DNA of 64,000 nucleotides from a virus (Duplodnaviria; Caudoviricetes): positions 64,001 to 128,000 of IMG/VR virus record IMGVR_UViG_3300021426_000004; one strand, written 5' to 3'. Under the pieces are notes generated by a model, which searched no databases, had not been told where the DNA came from, and saw only the letters and a program-made list of their open reading frames with translations. The translations under genes were made by a program, and so were the position numbers. Below, one piece after another: positions 40,488 to 50,234 of this stretch. Positions within the stretch are counted from its first letter, which is position 1. Every line of letters begins with the position of its first letter.

Positions 40488-40847
40488 ATGACTACTTTCG
40501 TTGGAAACATTTCTAAGGCTGCTGAGACCCGCACTGTCGATGTGAACGGAGCCAAGGTTCTGGTTACCGATTTCAACATCGCCGAGAACTATCCCGGTTC
40601 TGACGGGACGCAGAAGGTGCAGTTCTACCGTGTCAGCCTGTGGCGTGACCGTGGTGCCAAGCTGGCGCAGTACCTGACCAAGGGTCGGCCTGTGCAGATC
40701 ACCGGTCGTGTCCGCGCTCGTGCGTACATGGACAAGAACGGCCAGCCTGCTTGCCAGATGGAGATCGCCAATCCGCAGATCACCTTCGTGACTGGGAATC
40801 CGACCGCCGATGGAGAAGAGTTCGTCGGTGATCCCATCGAGGCGTAA
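40488..40847 (+). CDS. ssb: Single-stranded DNA-binding protein (short, no canonical PF tail)
   Basis: FVGNI...FYRVSLW...LAQYLTKGRPVQITGRVRARAY OB-fold pattern. Confidence 0.9.
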   Translation: MTTFVGNISKAAETRTVDVNGAKVLVTDFNIAENYPGSDGTQKVQFYRVSLWRDRGAKLAQYLTKGRPVQITGRVRARAYMDKNGQPACQMEIANPQITFVTGNPTADGEEFVGDPIEA

Positions 40848-40972
40848 TGAAATATCGGGCTCTCCCTTTGGGGGAGCCCTTTATTTTGACAGTGACTGCT
40901 TTAAGAGGATCTGGCGCTGCAAGCCAGGTCCTTTTTTTATACTGCCCCCGGCTTCTTGCAGGAGACAGTATA

Positions 40973-41020
40973 TTCGGTACCTAACTTTGGCGACATTCGA
41001 GAATGACCGTAAAGGAGAGG
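40973..41020 (+). promoter_or_regulatory. Repeated motif, class III (extended form)
   Basis: TTCGGTACCTAACTTTGGCGACATTCGAGAATGACCGTAAAGGAGAGG. Confidence 0.6.
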
Positions 41021-41281
41021 GTATTTTTTAAAACGGCCTGATTTTTTTAATGCCCGTTTTTTTGCAGGAGCGGATATAAAATTTCAGCCGCGAATAAACG
41101 TACCCGAGAGCCCTCACTAAAATCCAGTGGATCGTCTGGCTAGACCTCTGAATTACGTGGGCAATTCTGAATGCCTGAATCTGAGGATGAGTATTTATCG
41201 GTTCAAAACTGAGAGGTATTTTTCCTCCGCTAAAATAGAGGAGGCTAACATGATTGGCCTCAAGAAAAAGGAGATGGGTCT

Positions 41282-41575
41282 GTGAAAGGCAAGATTGGCA
41301 ACCCGCTCGATGAGCAGGAAACCATTATTAACATTGCTCCGAATGTGATCAACAAACGTGCATCGATATACACTACAATGCCCAATATGCTGGCAAAGAT
41401 GTGGAAGATGCAGGAGCAATATCCGGATGATGTGCTGATCGTACATGATGACAAGTACGGTACTGAGTTTTCAGTGCCGAATGACTGGATCAAGATCAAG
41501 CCTAAACGTAAGTTAAGTGATGAACAGCGGGAAGCTGCTGTTGCACGACTGGCTGAATATCGTAACAAGGAATAA
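41282..41575 (+). CDS. Hypothetical protein
   Basis: 97 aa, AAGGAG RBS, GTG start. Confidence 0.65.
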   Translation: MKGKIGNPLDEQETIINIAPNVINKRASIYTTMPNMLAKMWKMQEQYPDDVLIVHDDKYGTEFSVPNDWIKIKPKRKLSDEQREAAVARLAEYRNKE

Positions 41576-41650
41576 TCTGGCCCAATAGTTTTTCTTTATA
41601 GATATAACATTGTATTGGGCTGTCAGGCAAACCTGCAATTGCCTGTTCAT

Positions 41651-41724
41651 GCTCCATTAGCTCAGCAGGTGAGAGCGACGGCCTTATAAGCCGCAGGTCC
41701 TGTGTTCGAATCACAGATGGAGTA
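41651..41724 (+). tRNA. tRNA-Ile(TAT)
   Basis: Cloverleaf with GCTCCAT/ATGGAGT acceptor, CGGC-CTTATAA-GCCG anticodon arm, CTGTG-TTCGAAT-CACAG T-arm. Confidence 0.88.
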
Positions 41725-42241
41725 CGCTGCAGTCGCCGCAATGACAACAAAAAAATAAATTAAAAGAGTGACTGCAACAGGAGCCTCGTTCTCCCCATAA
41801 TTATCTTTTAGGTTTTTCGGCCGCCTTTGGAGGGCGGCCAACTGTCCTTAAGGATTGGGGAGAACGGCTCCTTATAAAAAACAGGGGTACATAATATATA
41901 TGCAGTAACTGCCAGCTGTAACTGTATATATTTATTATATTGTCTTTTAAAAGATAATTTGCATTTATTATTCTCCTTCAGTATATAACTCTCTTTAGTA
42001 AACACCACCAAGAGTGTTTACTAAAGAGAGAGAATAAATAATTATTCCACAGTAATAATCTTCAGTATATATTTATTAATATAATAAAAGGAGTGAGAAT
42101 CTATGTTCACTGAATACTCTAAAATGTCCAAGAAACAGAAAAAGATTATCAACAGCCAGAAAAGAACAACCTGGAACTTCAGTCCCGTTACACGGCTGAA
42201 ACCCAGTAAGAAAATCTACTCCAGAAAGAGAGTGACTGTAT

Positions 42242-42481
42242 ATGAATAATAAAGAAATGTGGTTATTGCTTGCTACTAAGTTTATTTGCTCAACTACTAC
42301 ATGCAAGGCATGCAAGAACTTGCTCGATGCCGAAAAATGTCCTGAACCAGAGTTTTCCCGTGAAGACTATGAAGACGTTTTCCGTTTTATCAGAGACGTT
42401 ACTAAACGAATCGAGAAACTTGAGGATAGTCAATTATCCTTGTCAGAAGACGAGCTTGCTCGGCTGATTATGGAGGGCTGA
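42242..42481 (+). CDS. Small Cys-containing protein with shared acidic C-terminal motif
   Basis: 79 aa; ends LSLSEDELARLIMEG. Confidence 0.6.
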   Translation: MNNKEMWLLLATKFICSTTTCKACKNLLDAEKCPEPEFSREDYEDVFRFIRDVTKRIEKLEDSQLSLSEDELARLIMEG

Positions 42482-42483
42482 AA

Positions 42484-42690
42484 ATGATATATGATATCGT
42501 CAAAGAGATCTGTAATAAGTATTTTATATGCAGTGATGGTTGTCCTCTGAAAACAGAGAATGGTTATATCTGCAACAAGGCTGACAAACCCACTGAAGAA
42601 TTGTTACTTATATTATCTTCTCTTGGGTATAACTTTAATGATCAGATTAATATTGTTGAAGATGATATAGAAAGTATACTTAATGAATGA
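42484..42690 (+). CDS. Small Cys-containing protein with shared acidic C-terminal motif
   Basis: 68 aa; ends INIVEDDIESILNE. Confidence 0.6.
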   Translation: MIYDIVKEICNKYFICSDGCPLKTENGYICNKADKPTEELLLILSSLGYNFNDQINIVEDDIESILNE

Positions 42691-43215
42691 CCTCTATCCC
42701 TTGTAATATATACTCTTAAGGGTTATTTTACTCTATAAATATGAACCTATTCTCTATCATTAATAATAATAATATATATATACTCTTTATTATGAATATT
42801 TATTCTTCTTTAGAAATTACTCTATAAATAATTACTTTTCCTTTAAATATTAATCATTTATTTTCCTTTAGTAGGTATTTATATCTTTCTTTATTATCTT
42901 GATATTTATTATCCTTCAGTAGTTATTTATTCTTAATTACTGTTTTGATATTTATTTGAATGATTGGTATTTATAAGTATTTATTCTTGTGATATTTATT
43001 GGTCTTTAGTAGAGAACTATTCTTTTTAATAAATCTTATCCCTATAATAAATCTTATCCCTGTAATAAATCCTATCCATATAATTATTCTTTCTAATAAA
43101 TCCTATCTCTATAATATCTCTATAATAATCATTTCTCTTAATAAACAATCTCTATAATAAATCTTATATCTTTTAATAAATAATCTCTTATATATTCCAT
43201 TCTTTATTTATTTTC
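42691..43215. repeat. Very AT-rich non-coding region with iterated ATAAATC(T/C)TATC motifs; candidate replication origin
   Basis: No ORF. TATTTAT repeats in the left half, and AATAAATCTTATCCCT(A/G)T tandem and degenerate copies at about 43028-43180 in the opposite orientation. Confidence 0.55.
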
Positions 43216-43235
43216 AGCGGGGGAGGTAACTAAAT

Positions 43236-43634
43236 ATGACCCTTACGGCTTTTAAGGAAATACACAAGAATGATACAGCCGGTCAGTTGCTTCAGCTGCT
43301 GACTGATGAAGTATTCTTAATCAAATTCGATCAGACAAATAAAACTACAGCGCAGCTTGTGTATCATAATCAAAAACTGTTTGAATATTACTCAAGTGAA
43401 TTGAAGTATCACAGTGACAGGTTTAACTGGATAGTCGATCAGCTCAGAATAAAGATGACTGCTCCTGAAGATATTCTGAATGGGCTAAAACACTGTAGCA
43501 ACTATAAGGATATCAGCGACTGTAATGGATGTCCTTATAAAGACGGAGACTATGCAAGATGCGGCTGCGAAAATAAGTTAATGCAAGACACTTTGAAATT
43601 ATTTTGCGAGGTGACTGGAAATGAACATGAATAA
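43236..43634 (+). CDS. Hypothetical protein with C-terminal Cys cluster
   Basis: GGAGG RBS; C...CNGCPY...C. Confidence 0.65.
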   Translation: MTLTAFKEIHKNDTAGQLLQLLTDEVFLIKFDQTNKTTAQLVYHNQKLFEYYSSELKYHSDRFNWIVDQLRIKMTAPEDILNGLKHCSNYKDISDCNGCPYKDGDYARCGCENKLMQDTLKLFCEVTGNEHE

Positions 43635-43772
43635 CGAGGAAATTAATGAGTTTAAAATTTATTGGCAGGATCTTAACAGTGACTGTCAGCAGCGACTGTT
43701 TGAATTCCTGGGAGAAAATGGAAACTATGACGTTTATCCTATTGTAACAATTGAAAGGCTGGAAGAAGAACA

Positions 43773-44126
43773 ATGAATCTTGTTTCTATATCAAAAGAGG
43801 ATTTGGACTTGCTTATGAATCGTGAGGCTTTTCTGGATATCAGAGGCTGCTCCAATGAAGAAATAGTCGAGTTGGTTAAATTAATCGATCCTGAGCTGGA
43901 ATACTGCAATATAATCGATTATTTATCAACAGATGGTTATTACGAAAGTTTTATCGGCTGGGATGTTCTGTTTATTGATAATGATAAGAAACTAAATGCA
44001 TACAGAGGAGATACTGCTAAAAATATTCTGAGTCAAAGACATATCATTAAACCAATTCTTACAGAAATTACAATTGATGACGATGATATTTTGTCAACAA
44101 TTGATGGAGGAAACGGCAGTGACTGA
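43773..44126 (+). CDS. Hypothetical protein with shared acidic C-terminal motif
   Basis: Ends EITIDDDDILSTIDGG. Confidence 0.6.
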   Translation: MNLVSISKEDLDLLMNREAFLDIRGCSNEEIVELVKLIDPELEYCNIIDYLSTDGYYESFIGWDVLFIDNDKKLNAYRGDTAKNILSQRHIIKPILTEITIDDDDILSTIDGGNGSD

Positions 44127-44331
44127 ATATCAGAAATTTCAGCTGCAATGGATGGCTGATCATTCATATTCCCTTGATGATCTGATTGACGAATTGGAAA
44201 AAAATATGACCACTGAAGAATCTATCAGGAATCTTTTCTATACATGGCAGAACGAAATCGGCTTCAGCGGCTCGATTTGGCCATGCGAATCAGAATGGAA
44301 CGATTGTGAAAGGAGCTTAAACCATGAATGA
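44119..44331 (+). CDS. Hypothetical protein
   Basis: GTG start after GGAGG; overlaps neighbours. Confidence 0.55.
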   Translation: MTEYQKFQLQWMADHSYSLDDLIDELEKNMTTEESIRNLFYTWQNEIGFSGSIWPCESEWNDCERSLNHE

Positions 44332-44692
44332 TATTTTTACTATGCTTAACAGTATGAACAGAATGCTTGATCCTTCGGAAATGCCAAGAAATAATTACAC
44401 TCCGCTGGAGAAAGATAAGATTGATACAATTATGTCCAATGCCAAGAATTTCGAGAAAGGTAATAGGTTCGGCGGGCTGTATTATTATGCAGAGTTCGAG
44501 AACGGATATGGAATCGATATTATCAAGCATAACGGCTCCTATGGCGGTGATGAAGACTTGTTTGAAATCGCTGTCATGAAAGATGGAGATGTTTGCTACG
44601 ATACTTCGATTACAGATGATGTTGTTGGCTGGCTGACTTCAGAAGAGGTTATGTCTTATGTATTCAAAGTAAAAGAACTTAAAACGGAGTGA
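44324..44692 (+). CDS. Conserved-looking phage hypothetical protein
   Basis: FENGYGIDII...SYGG...LFEIAV pattern. Confidence 0.65.
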   Translation: MNDIFTMLNSMNRMLDPSEMPRNNYTPLEKDKIDTIMSNAKNFEKGNRFGGLYYYAEFENGYGIDIIKHNGSYGGDEDLFEIAVMKDGDVCYDTSITDDVVGWLTSEEVMSYVFKVKELKTE

Positions 44693-44985
44693 CTGGAATG
44701 AATACTGAAGCAAAAAAGGATACTGGAAAAGCGCAACTCTCTCTCGTACCTTTGCAGATTCTTTATGATATAGCCAGGGTACGGGAATTTGGTTTGATCA
44801 AATATAAAGATCCTGATAACTGGAAGAAAGTTGAGCCGAAAAGATACAGGGATGCAATGATGCGTCATATGTGTGCTTATATTGAGGACCCGGATGGAAT
44901 AGACGAAGAAAGTGGTCTTCCTCATTTATGGCACCTTGCTTGTAACGTGGCTTTTCTTTGCGACCTTGAAAAGAAACGACAATAA
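44689..44985 (+). CDS. dATP/dGTP diphosphohydrolase domain protein (DUF5664-like)
   Basis: KxDxGK-xxLSLVP, FGxxKY-xxxNW, RH, and DEESGLPHLxH motifs. Confidence 0.85.
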   Translation: MTGMNTEAKKDTGKAQLSLVPLQILYDIARVREFGLIKYKDPDNWKKVEPKRYRDAMMRHMCAYIEDPDGIDEESGLPHLWHLACNVAFLCDLEKKRQ

Positions 44986-45001
44986 TAAAATGGAGTAAAA
45001 A

Positions 45002-45313
45002 ATGCTTGAAGAATTTTTGAATCATAAATTATTTATCGTTATTCCAAGAAATAGAATTGACAGACTTGATGAACTGGATGAGCGAATTGGTCATGTGAAA
45101 TTCCCAAGTGGTGCAACTATGCCAACGTATGTAAAACAACTCTTGAAAAATTGCAGTGAAATTGGGATCATTGGTGACGGATTTGGTCGTATTCTTTATT
45201 CAGTACAATCGTATGGAACTGTAAATTATGTATCTATCGATGAATTTCTTGGAAAGGAAATCACAATAGACGAAGAAGACTTTGACTTAATTTTCGAGAA
45301 GGAGAAAATATGA
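45002..45313 (+). CDS. Hypothetical protein with shared acidic C-terminal motif
   Basis: Ends EITIDEEDFDLIFEKEKI. Confidence 0.6.
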   Translation: MLEEFLNHKLFIVIPRNRIDRLDELDERIGHVKFPSGATMPTYVKQLLKNCSEIGIIGDGFGRILYSVQSYGTVNYVSIDEFLGKEITIDEEDFDLIFEKEKI

Positions 45314-45433
45314 TTCCAACGCCGCAAACTGTTATATTCCATATAACAAGTACAATAATGGCTCTTGGTTATCTTGGGTTGGTTGTTTTCTTGATCCTTT
45401 ATATTTCGTACCTGATCATTAAGAGGTGAAATT

Positions 45434-45670
45434 ATGTTTGATGAAAAACTTGCTCTGAAAATGCTTGTTGAAGACAGGAATACTTATATCAAAAGAGCTA
45501 TTGAATTTACTCAGGGTTTTCTGGATAGAGGAATGGATGAAGCTGCAGCTATGACAATCATGACAGCTGGAGACTGTCTTCGTGAATTGGAAGGAACTAT
45601 GGAGTACGTAAAACAACTTCAAGGTTTCAACGAAAACGGATATCCGAGATATGTTCCTGTTTTCAATTAA
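45434..45670 (+). CDS. Hypothetical protein
   Basis: GAGGTG RBS. Confidence 0.6.
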   Translation: MFDEKLALKMLVEDRNTYIKRAIEFTQGFLDRGMDEAAAMTIMTAGDCLRELEGTMEYVKQLQGFNENGYPRYVPVFN

Positions 45671-45781
45671 TAAGCCTTTGATTTTACAAAATACTCCAGA
45701 GGTCGCCGCAAGCGGCGACTGATTCGCTAGGCCTTTCTTTCCTTTCTTTCTTGGCCTTTCCCTACGAAATTGAGGTGAAAT

Positions 45782-46006
45782 ATGTATAAAGTTTGTGTAA
45801 ACCGAGGCGACAGAACCATTCTATTGGCTTCGTTTGAATCTTTGGAAAAAGCAAGACGTTTTACGTCTCATGATTATTATCCGGAAGAAGATGATGATGT
45901 TTGTATTCATGCCAATGAAATGTATATTGACAATAAAGATACAGCATTTCCGGACATCAATGTGAATGAAGTTAAATATTTGCCAAATGATGAACTTCCA
46001 TTTTGA
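45782..46006 (+). CDS. Hypothetical protein ending NDELPF
   Basis: GAGGTG RBS; downstream of a class II element. Confidence 0.6.
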   Translation: MYKVCVNRGDRTILLASFESLEKARRFTSHDYYPEEDDDVCIHANEMYIDNKDTAFPDINVNEVKYLPNDELPF

Positions 46007-46014
46007 GGTTAAAA

Positions 46015-46329
46015 ATGAGTGATTTAAAGAAAATTGATGATTTTATAAAAGGTTCAGCCATAGTTCATATAGGCACAGAAGAAAAGGACATTTTTGCGCT
46101 TCTTTCTGAACTGGGAATTATGACAGAAAAGAATAAAAGAGCAATAAACACTGCTATAATGACTTATAAACAAGACGCATGTTTACGAATGGAAGCACAA
46201 AGGAAAATATGTTTTGGTTCGATGGGCTTCTATGAAGAATACAATTATATAATTTATGACATTGAAGAACTGTTAGGAAGAGAAATAGCAATCGGAGAAG
46301 AAGATATTCAGAATATTCTTTTCTCGTGA
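46015..46329 (+). CDS. Hypothetical protein with shared acidic C-terminal motif
   Basis: Start MSDLKK after GAGG; ends EIAIGEEDIQNILFS. Confidence 0.6.
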   Translation: MSDLKKIDDFIKGSAIVHIGTEEKDIFALLSELGIMTEKNKRAINTAIMTYKQDACLRMEAQRKICFGSMGFYEEYNYIIYDIEELLGREIAIGEEDIQNILFS

Positions 46330-46340
46330 AAGGATAAATA

Positions 46341-46646
46341 ATGTTCCGTACTAACGACCTCGTCCGGGTTAAAAATTTAAACGAGATTAAAGACACTAAA
46401 TACTGTGATTTTGCTCATCAAATGAACAAGTATTGTGGTGAGATTTTCAAGGTAACTTTTGGAGTATATAACGATAGAAGCAGGCATTGGTTCTATATGC
46501 TTGAAAACGAATGGAATGAGGGTTTTGCGTTTCTAGATGATTGGCTTGAGCCAGCCGAAGCTGTAGAAATAGATGATTTTCCTGAAACAATAACATCAAT
46601 CAATATTACTGATGAGGAACTTGATGCTATGTTTAAAACTAAATAA
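46341..46646 (+). CDS. SH3/KOW-like small protein with shared acidic C-terminal motif
   Basis: MFRTNDLVRVK...M-KYCG...WLEPA; paralogous to 51547..51849. Confidence 0.6.
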   Translation: MFRTNDLVRVKNLNEIKDTKYCDFAHQMNKYCGEIFKVTFGVYNDRSRHWFYMLENEWNEGFAFLDDWLEPAEAVEIDDFPETITSINITDEELDAMFKTK

Positions 46647-46946
46647 AATCCTGTGGTATTATCCAAGTTGAATTTTTAAATATATAAAAAGCATAAAAAT
46701 ACACATTTTTTGTATATTGCAATCAACCTGAAAATACTGCAAATTAAGGAACAGCTGAACAATCAAGTAATCGCTATACTGTATTTGCCGATCTTCTGTC
46801 TATGTGTAAAATATAAACTTGCGTCGATGCATAAATAGTAACTATTTTTAAATTATTACTGAATGTTACAAAAATAATGTCCAGTAATTTTTGTTGTTTC
46901 CCATTCACATTCACTACAGAAAAACATTAAAAGTTAGGAGAAAAAA

Positions 46947-47336
46947 ATGAACAAGATTATTATTTGCGGAAATCTTACTGCAGATCCGGTTATCACAGAA
47001 GTGGAATACACCAATAGGACTACCGGTGAGATTATCAAGACAAAGGTTTGTAACTTTACAGTTGCTTGTGATGATGGATTTGGTGAATCCAAAATGACAC
47101 AGTATTTCAGGGTTAACTCTTGGCGCGGTCAGGGTGAAACATGCATGAAATACCTTAAGAAGGGGCGCGAAGTCCTTGTTGAAGGGCCTGTAAAGCTGAA
47201 TACTTATGTTGACAAGAACAATGTTGCACGGTCTTCTATGGAAGTCAGGGCAAACAGTATTCAGTTCCTGCGTGGCGGTAAAAACGCGAATCCACCTGAA
47301 GAAAATGCTCCAGAAGAAGAAGAAGCACTATATTGA
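46947..47336 (+). CDS. ssb: Single-stranded DNA-binding protein (second copy)
   Basis: MNKIIICGNLTADP...NFTVA...YLKKGREVLVEG pattern. Confidence 0.92.
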   Translation: MNKIIICGNLTADPVITEVEYTNRTTGEIIKTKVCNFTVACDDGFGESKMTQYFRVNSWRGQGETCMKYLKKGREVLVEGPVKLNTYVDKNNVARSSMEVRANSIQFLRGGKNANPPEENAPEEEEALY

Positions 47337-47407
47337 CAGACATTTACTAATCAGCCGAGGGTGACTGGTTTGATGGGGCCAGTCACCCTATCTTTATGAG
47401 GTGATTT

Positions 47408-47884
47408 ATGAGATATTTGGTTAATGAAACTTATTATGACGATATCGACGATGTAATTAATGCTTGCATTGAAGACGATTATCATGAAGATGATGAGTAC
47501 TTCGAAGAATGGCTAAATGATGAATATGGATATATTACCATTGCCGGACAGACTTTCCATGCTTATGACATTTTGGATTCAATGAATGATTATTTGCTTG
47601 AGGAAGAACGTGACGAGTTTTGCGAGCGAATGAACGATAACGATAGGGAAGATGCAATGTACGATCTTCGACATGCTAAACCCGGTGATACTGTTTATAT
47701 TCATCGTTCTGAAGTTTCGTGTGTTGAAGACGAAGAAGATGATGATGATGAAAACTACAACCGTGAAGAGAGTCTTGAAGCAGTAAGAACCTTCGTTGAA
47801 GAACAGAAACTTCTTGCTGATGCAAAAGCCGCTGAAGAAAAAGTTGAAGAAGACGACATAATGAGAATGTTTCAGGTGATTTAA
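47408..47884 (+). CDS. Highly acidic hypothetical protein
   Basis: 158 aa, very D/E-rich; ends VEEDDIMRMFQVI. Confidence 0.65.
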   Translation: MRYLVNETYYDDIDDVINACIEDDYHEDDEYFEEWLNDEYGYITIAGQTFHAYDILDSMNDYLLEEERDEFCERMNDNDREDAMYDLRHAKPGDTVYIHRSEVSCVEDEEDDDDENYNREESLEAVRTFVEEQKLLADAKAAEEKVEEDDIMRMFQVI

Positions 47885-47885
47885 T

Positions 47886-48239
47886 ATGTATTTTTCATTA
47901 ACAATCAGAAATATAAGGAATCTGAAGGAATATAATAAGCTTTTAAACAGCATTAATAAATTTGATCTGATTAATTATGTTTTCGATGATGGAGAATATG
48001 AGCCGGAAAATCATCAGGCAGTGTTTTCAAGCTGGGACGAGCAAAGATGGGAAAGGCACTATGGTCAGATGATCATTCTGTCAGAAGAACATCCTACAAT
48101 GACGTTTGAGCTTACCTGTCAGGATGGAATAATGTTCTGGAAAGAATATTACAAAGACGGAACTGAGGAAAATTGCTCCGGTGATGTAGTCTTTGAAACT
48201 CCCAAGAAAATCAAATGGGATTCTTTAGTAAACTTTTAA
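47886..48239 (+). CDS. Hypothetical protein
   Basis: 117 aa, adjacent in operon. Confidence 0.6.
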   Translation: MYFSLTIRNIRNLKEYNKLLNSINKFDLINYVFDDGEYEPENHQAVFSSWDEQRWERHYGQMIILSEEHPTMTFELTCQDGIMFWKEYYKDGTEENCSGDVVFETPKKIKWDSLVNF

Positions 48240-48245
48240 TTATTA

Positions 48246-48290
48246 GGTACCGAACTTTGGGGACATTCGAAAAATACCGTAAAGGAGGAG
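48246..48290 (+). promoter_or_regulatory. Repeated motif, class III (extended form)
   Basis: GGTACCGAACTTTGGGGACATTCGAAAAATACCGTAAAGGAGGAG; overlaps the RBS of the next gene. Confidence 0.6.
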
Positions 48291-48294
48291 TAGT

Positions 48295-48756
48295 ATGGGT
48301 CTTGATATGTATCTTAACAAGGTGAAAAAAGAAGAGATTGCATATTGGCGTAAAGCAAATGCTATTCATGCGTGGTTTGAAAGACATTTAACGGATGATG
48401 AAAAAGGCATTGAAAACTGCAGATCTTATTATGTTGATAAATCGCTTCTTCAAAAATTGAAAAGAGATTGTAAAACTGTTTTGAAATCTTCTGAACTTGT
48501 TTATAAGGATGTGCCAGTTAAGGAGTATGATTACGATCAGAAACAGTATGTTACGGTCACAAAACATTTGAAAGTTCTTGATGATCCAAAAGTTGCAGAG
48601 GAACTTCTGCCAACTCAGTCTGGATTCTTCTTTGGAAGCACTGAATATGATGAAGGATATGTTGAAGAACTTAAGAGTACAATTGAACAAATAGATGAAG
48701 TACTGAATACTGTGGATTTCGACGAATATGACGTTGAATATCATGCATGGTGGTAA
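48295..48756 (+). CDS. Conserved-looking phage hypothetical protein
   Basis: MGLDMYL...YWRKANAIHAWF...LLPTQSGFFFGS pattern. Confidence 0.7.
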   Translation: MGLDMYLNKVKKEEIAYWRKANAIHAWFERHLTDDEKGIENCRSYYVDKSLLQKLKRDCKTVLKSSELVYKDVPVKEYDYDQKQYVTVTKHLKVLDDPKVAEELLPTQSGFFFGSTEYDEGYVEELKSTIEQIDEVLNTVDFDEYDVEYHAWW

Positions 48757-48759
48757 TAA

Positions 48760-48947
48760 TGAACGGTGGTGGAAAAGGTAGACACTGATGGCTGGGTAAG
48801 GACAAGGCAGACTGAAACGGCGTGAAGGTCACCAATCTTAAATCGGTAAAGACACGCCTGCTGGTACACACTAAAGCCCACGAGCCGTGAATCCGGTGAT
48901 TGTTGTGTGTGCAAGTCCATGTGGGGTGCAAATCCTCACCCGTTCAA
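48760..48947 (+). ncRNA. tRNA-like RNA with large insertion (family copy A)
   Basis: TGAACGG/CCGTTCA acceptor, GTGGAAAAGGTAGACAC D-arm, GTGGGG-TGCAAAT-CCTCAC T-arm. Confidence 0.7.
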
Positions 48948-48981
48948 TCAATCAAACACATCTCAAAAAGGAGAAAATATT

Positions 48982-49548
48982 ATGGATTTGGGAGCCTACG
49001 CACAAATTGAAGATCTTGACAAAATCATGGTAGACAACGGAATCACCGTTCCAAGACTGCGCGGACTTAGGTTGATGAGTCAGGAAAAAGCAATTTCTGC
49101 GAACGATATTTCAGAATCTGCCAATCAATTGGCCCTTCAAGAATGTGAATCTCTCTGTGAATCAGACTTTCGGATCAATGCCTATTGTTTCGAATGTTCA
49201 GACAGAACCCGTCGAATCAAGCGAAAATACCTGAAGTATGACACCGATCAATTCACACCTGTCGGAGTTAGATGGGATCGTATTCATGGTAAAAAGCGCA
49301 AGAAGTTCAAGTATGTCATCAAAAACGCTTATCGGCGCAATCGTGAACAGCTTGAATTATTCAATCGTTATTGCGGTAGGCCTGACATTCTTTATATCCA
49401 TGCAAGAATTGGCGGCGGAAACTGGCCGTATTACTGTAACGAGGTGAAAGATCAGCCGTGGTTCATCTGCAGGATCGATGATGCATTTGATTCCACTTAC
49501 TGTGATATTTACGCCACGATCAAACCGCCGGAAGAAAGCAATGACTGA
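48982..49548 (+). CDS. Hypothetical protein
   Basis: Start MDLGAY after AAGGAG; HARIGGGNW motif. Confidence 0.65.
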   Translation: MDLGAYAQIEDLDKIMVDNGITVPRLRGLRLMSQEKAISANDISESANQLALQECESLCESDFRINAYCFECSDRTRRIKRKYLKYDTDQFTPVGVRWDRIHGKKRKKFKYVIKNAYRRNREQLELFNRYCGRPDILYIHARIGGGNWPYYCNEVKDQPWFICRIDDAFDSTYCDIYATIKPPEESND

Positions 49549-49566
49549 TGTTCAGTAAATAATAAT

Positions 49567-49675
49567 ATGCGGTGGTGGAAAAGGTAGACACGATTAGCAC
49601 GGAGACATGCTTCCTGATGCCGTGCACGGCTAAACGGAGAAAAATCCATGTGAGGTGCAAATCCTCACCCGCTTA
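49567..49675 (+). ncRNA. tRNA-like RNA (family copy B)
   Basis: GCGG/CCGC acceptor, same D-arm as copy A, GTGAGG-TGCAAAT-CCTCAC T-arm. Confidence 0.7.
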
Positions 49676-49891
49676 GAATTACTGTTTTGTGAGGTGCTAT
49701 ATGGACGAAACGACAGATTACGACATCGAGCAAGATTTATTGGATTTAATGGTCGAGTATTTATGCGAAGATCATAGCAATGATGATTTGATATCGTTGG
49801 CAAAAAAAGCAATACAATATTCACTAGGTGATTAAAACAACACAAAAAAGTTGGTTTGTTTTAATATAGAAGTATTTGTCGAAGATATGAG

Positions 49892-50116
49892 ATGACAATA
49901 ATGGATATAATGAGTGAGTTTGTTGTTTCAAGAGGATCTGGAAAAACTGCAACCTCTTATATGATCGGTTTAAGCAAACTGTACAATTCTGGAAAAATAA
50001 GTAAAGAAGATTACTTTACAATGAGAGGCGCAGCTTTGGTTCTTATGTTCGGGATGTCGGAAGAAGATGCTTTAAACCAGATTGCAAAAGAGCTTGAGGA
50101 AGACGATTTCAGGTAA
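49892..50116 (+). CDS. Small hypothetical protein
   Basis: 74 aa; contains SRGSGKT. Confidence 0.5.
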   Translation: MTIMDIMSEFVVSRGSGKTATSYMIGLSKLYNSGKISKEDYFTMRGAALVLMFGMSEEDALNQIAKELEEDDFR

Positions 50117-50234
50117 GTAAAGAAACTGGCAAATCTAAAAAAAGGGGGTGGTGCTATGCAGAAAGCAGTTGATGAATTTAATCGTAAATATACTGTTCCT
50201 CAGTAGCATTGCCCAAAAACAGGGCTATAAAATA

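Noticed and set aside
44689-44985. Evidence for a modified-base (2-aminoadenine) genome from the DUF5664-like gene
   Set aside because: No PurZ or other modification-pathway gene is visible in this window, and the domain alone is insufficient.
49892-50116. ATPase call from SRGSGKT, identical to the terminase Walker A
   Set aside because: The ORF is only 74 aa with no Walker B; it may be a fragment or a coincidence.
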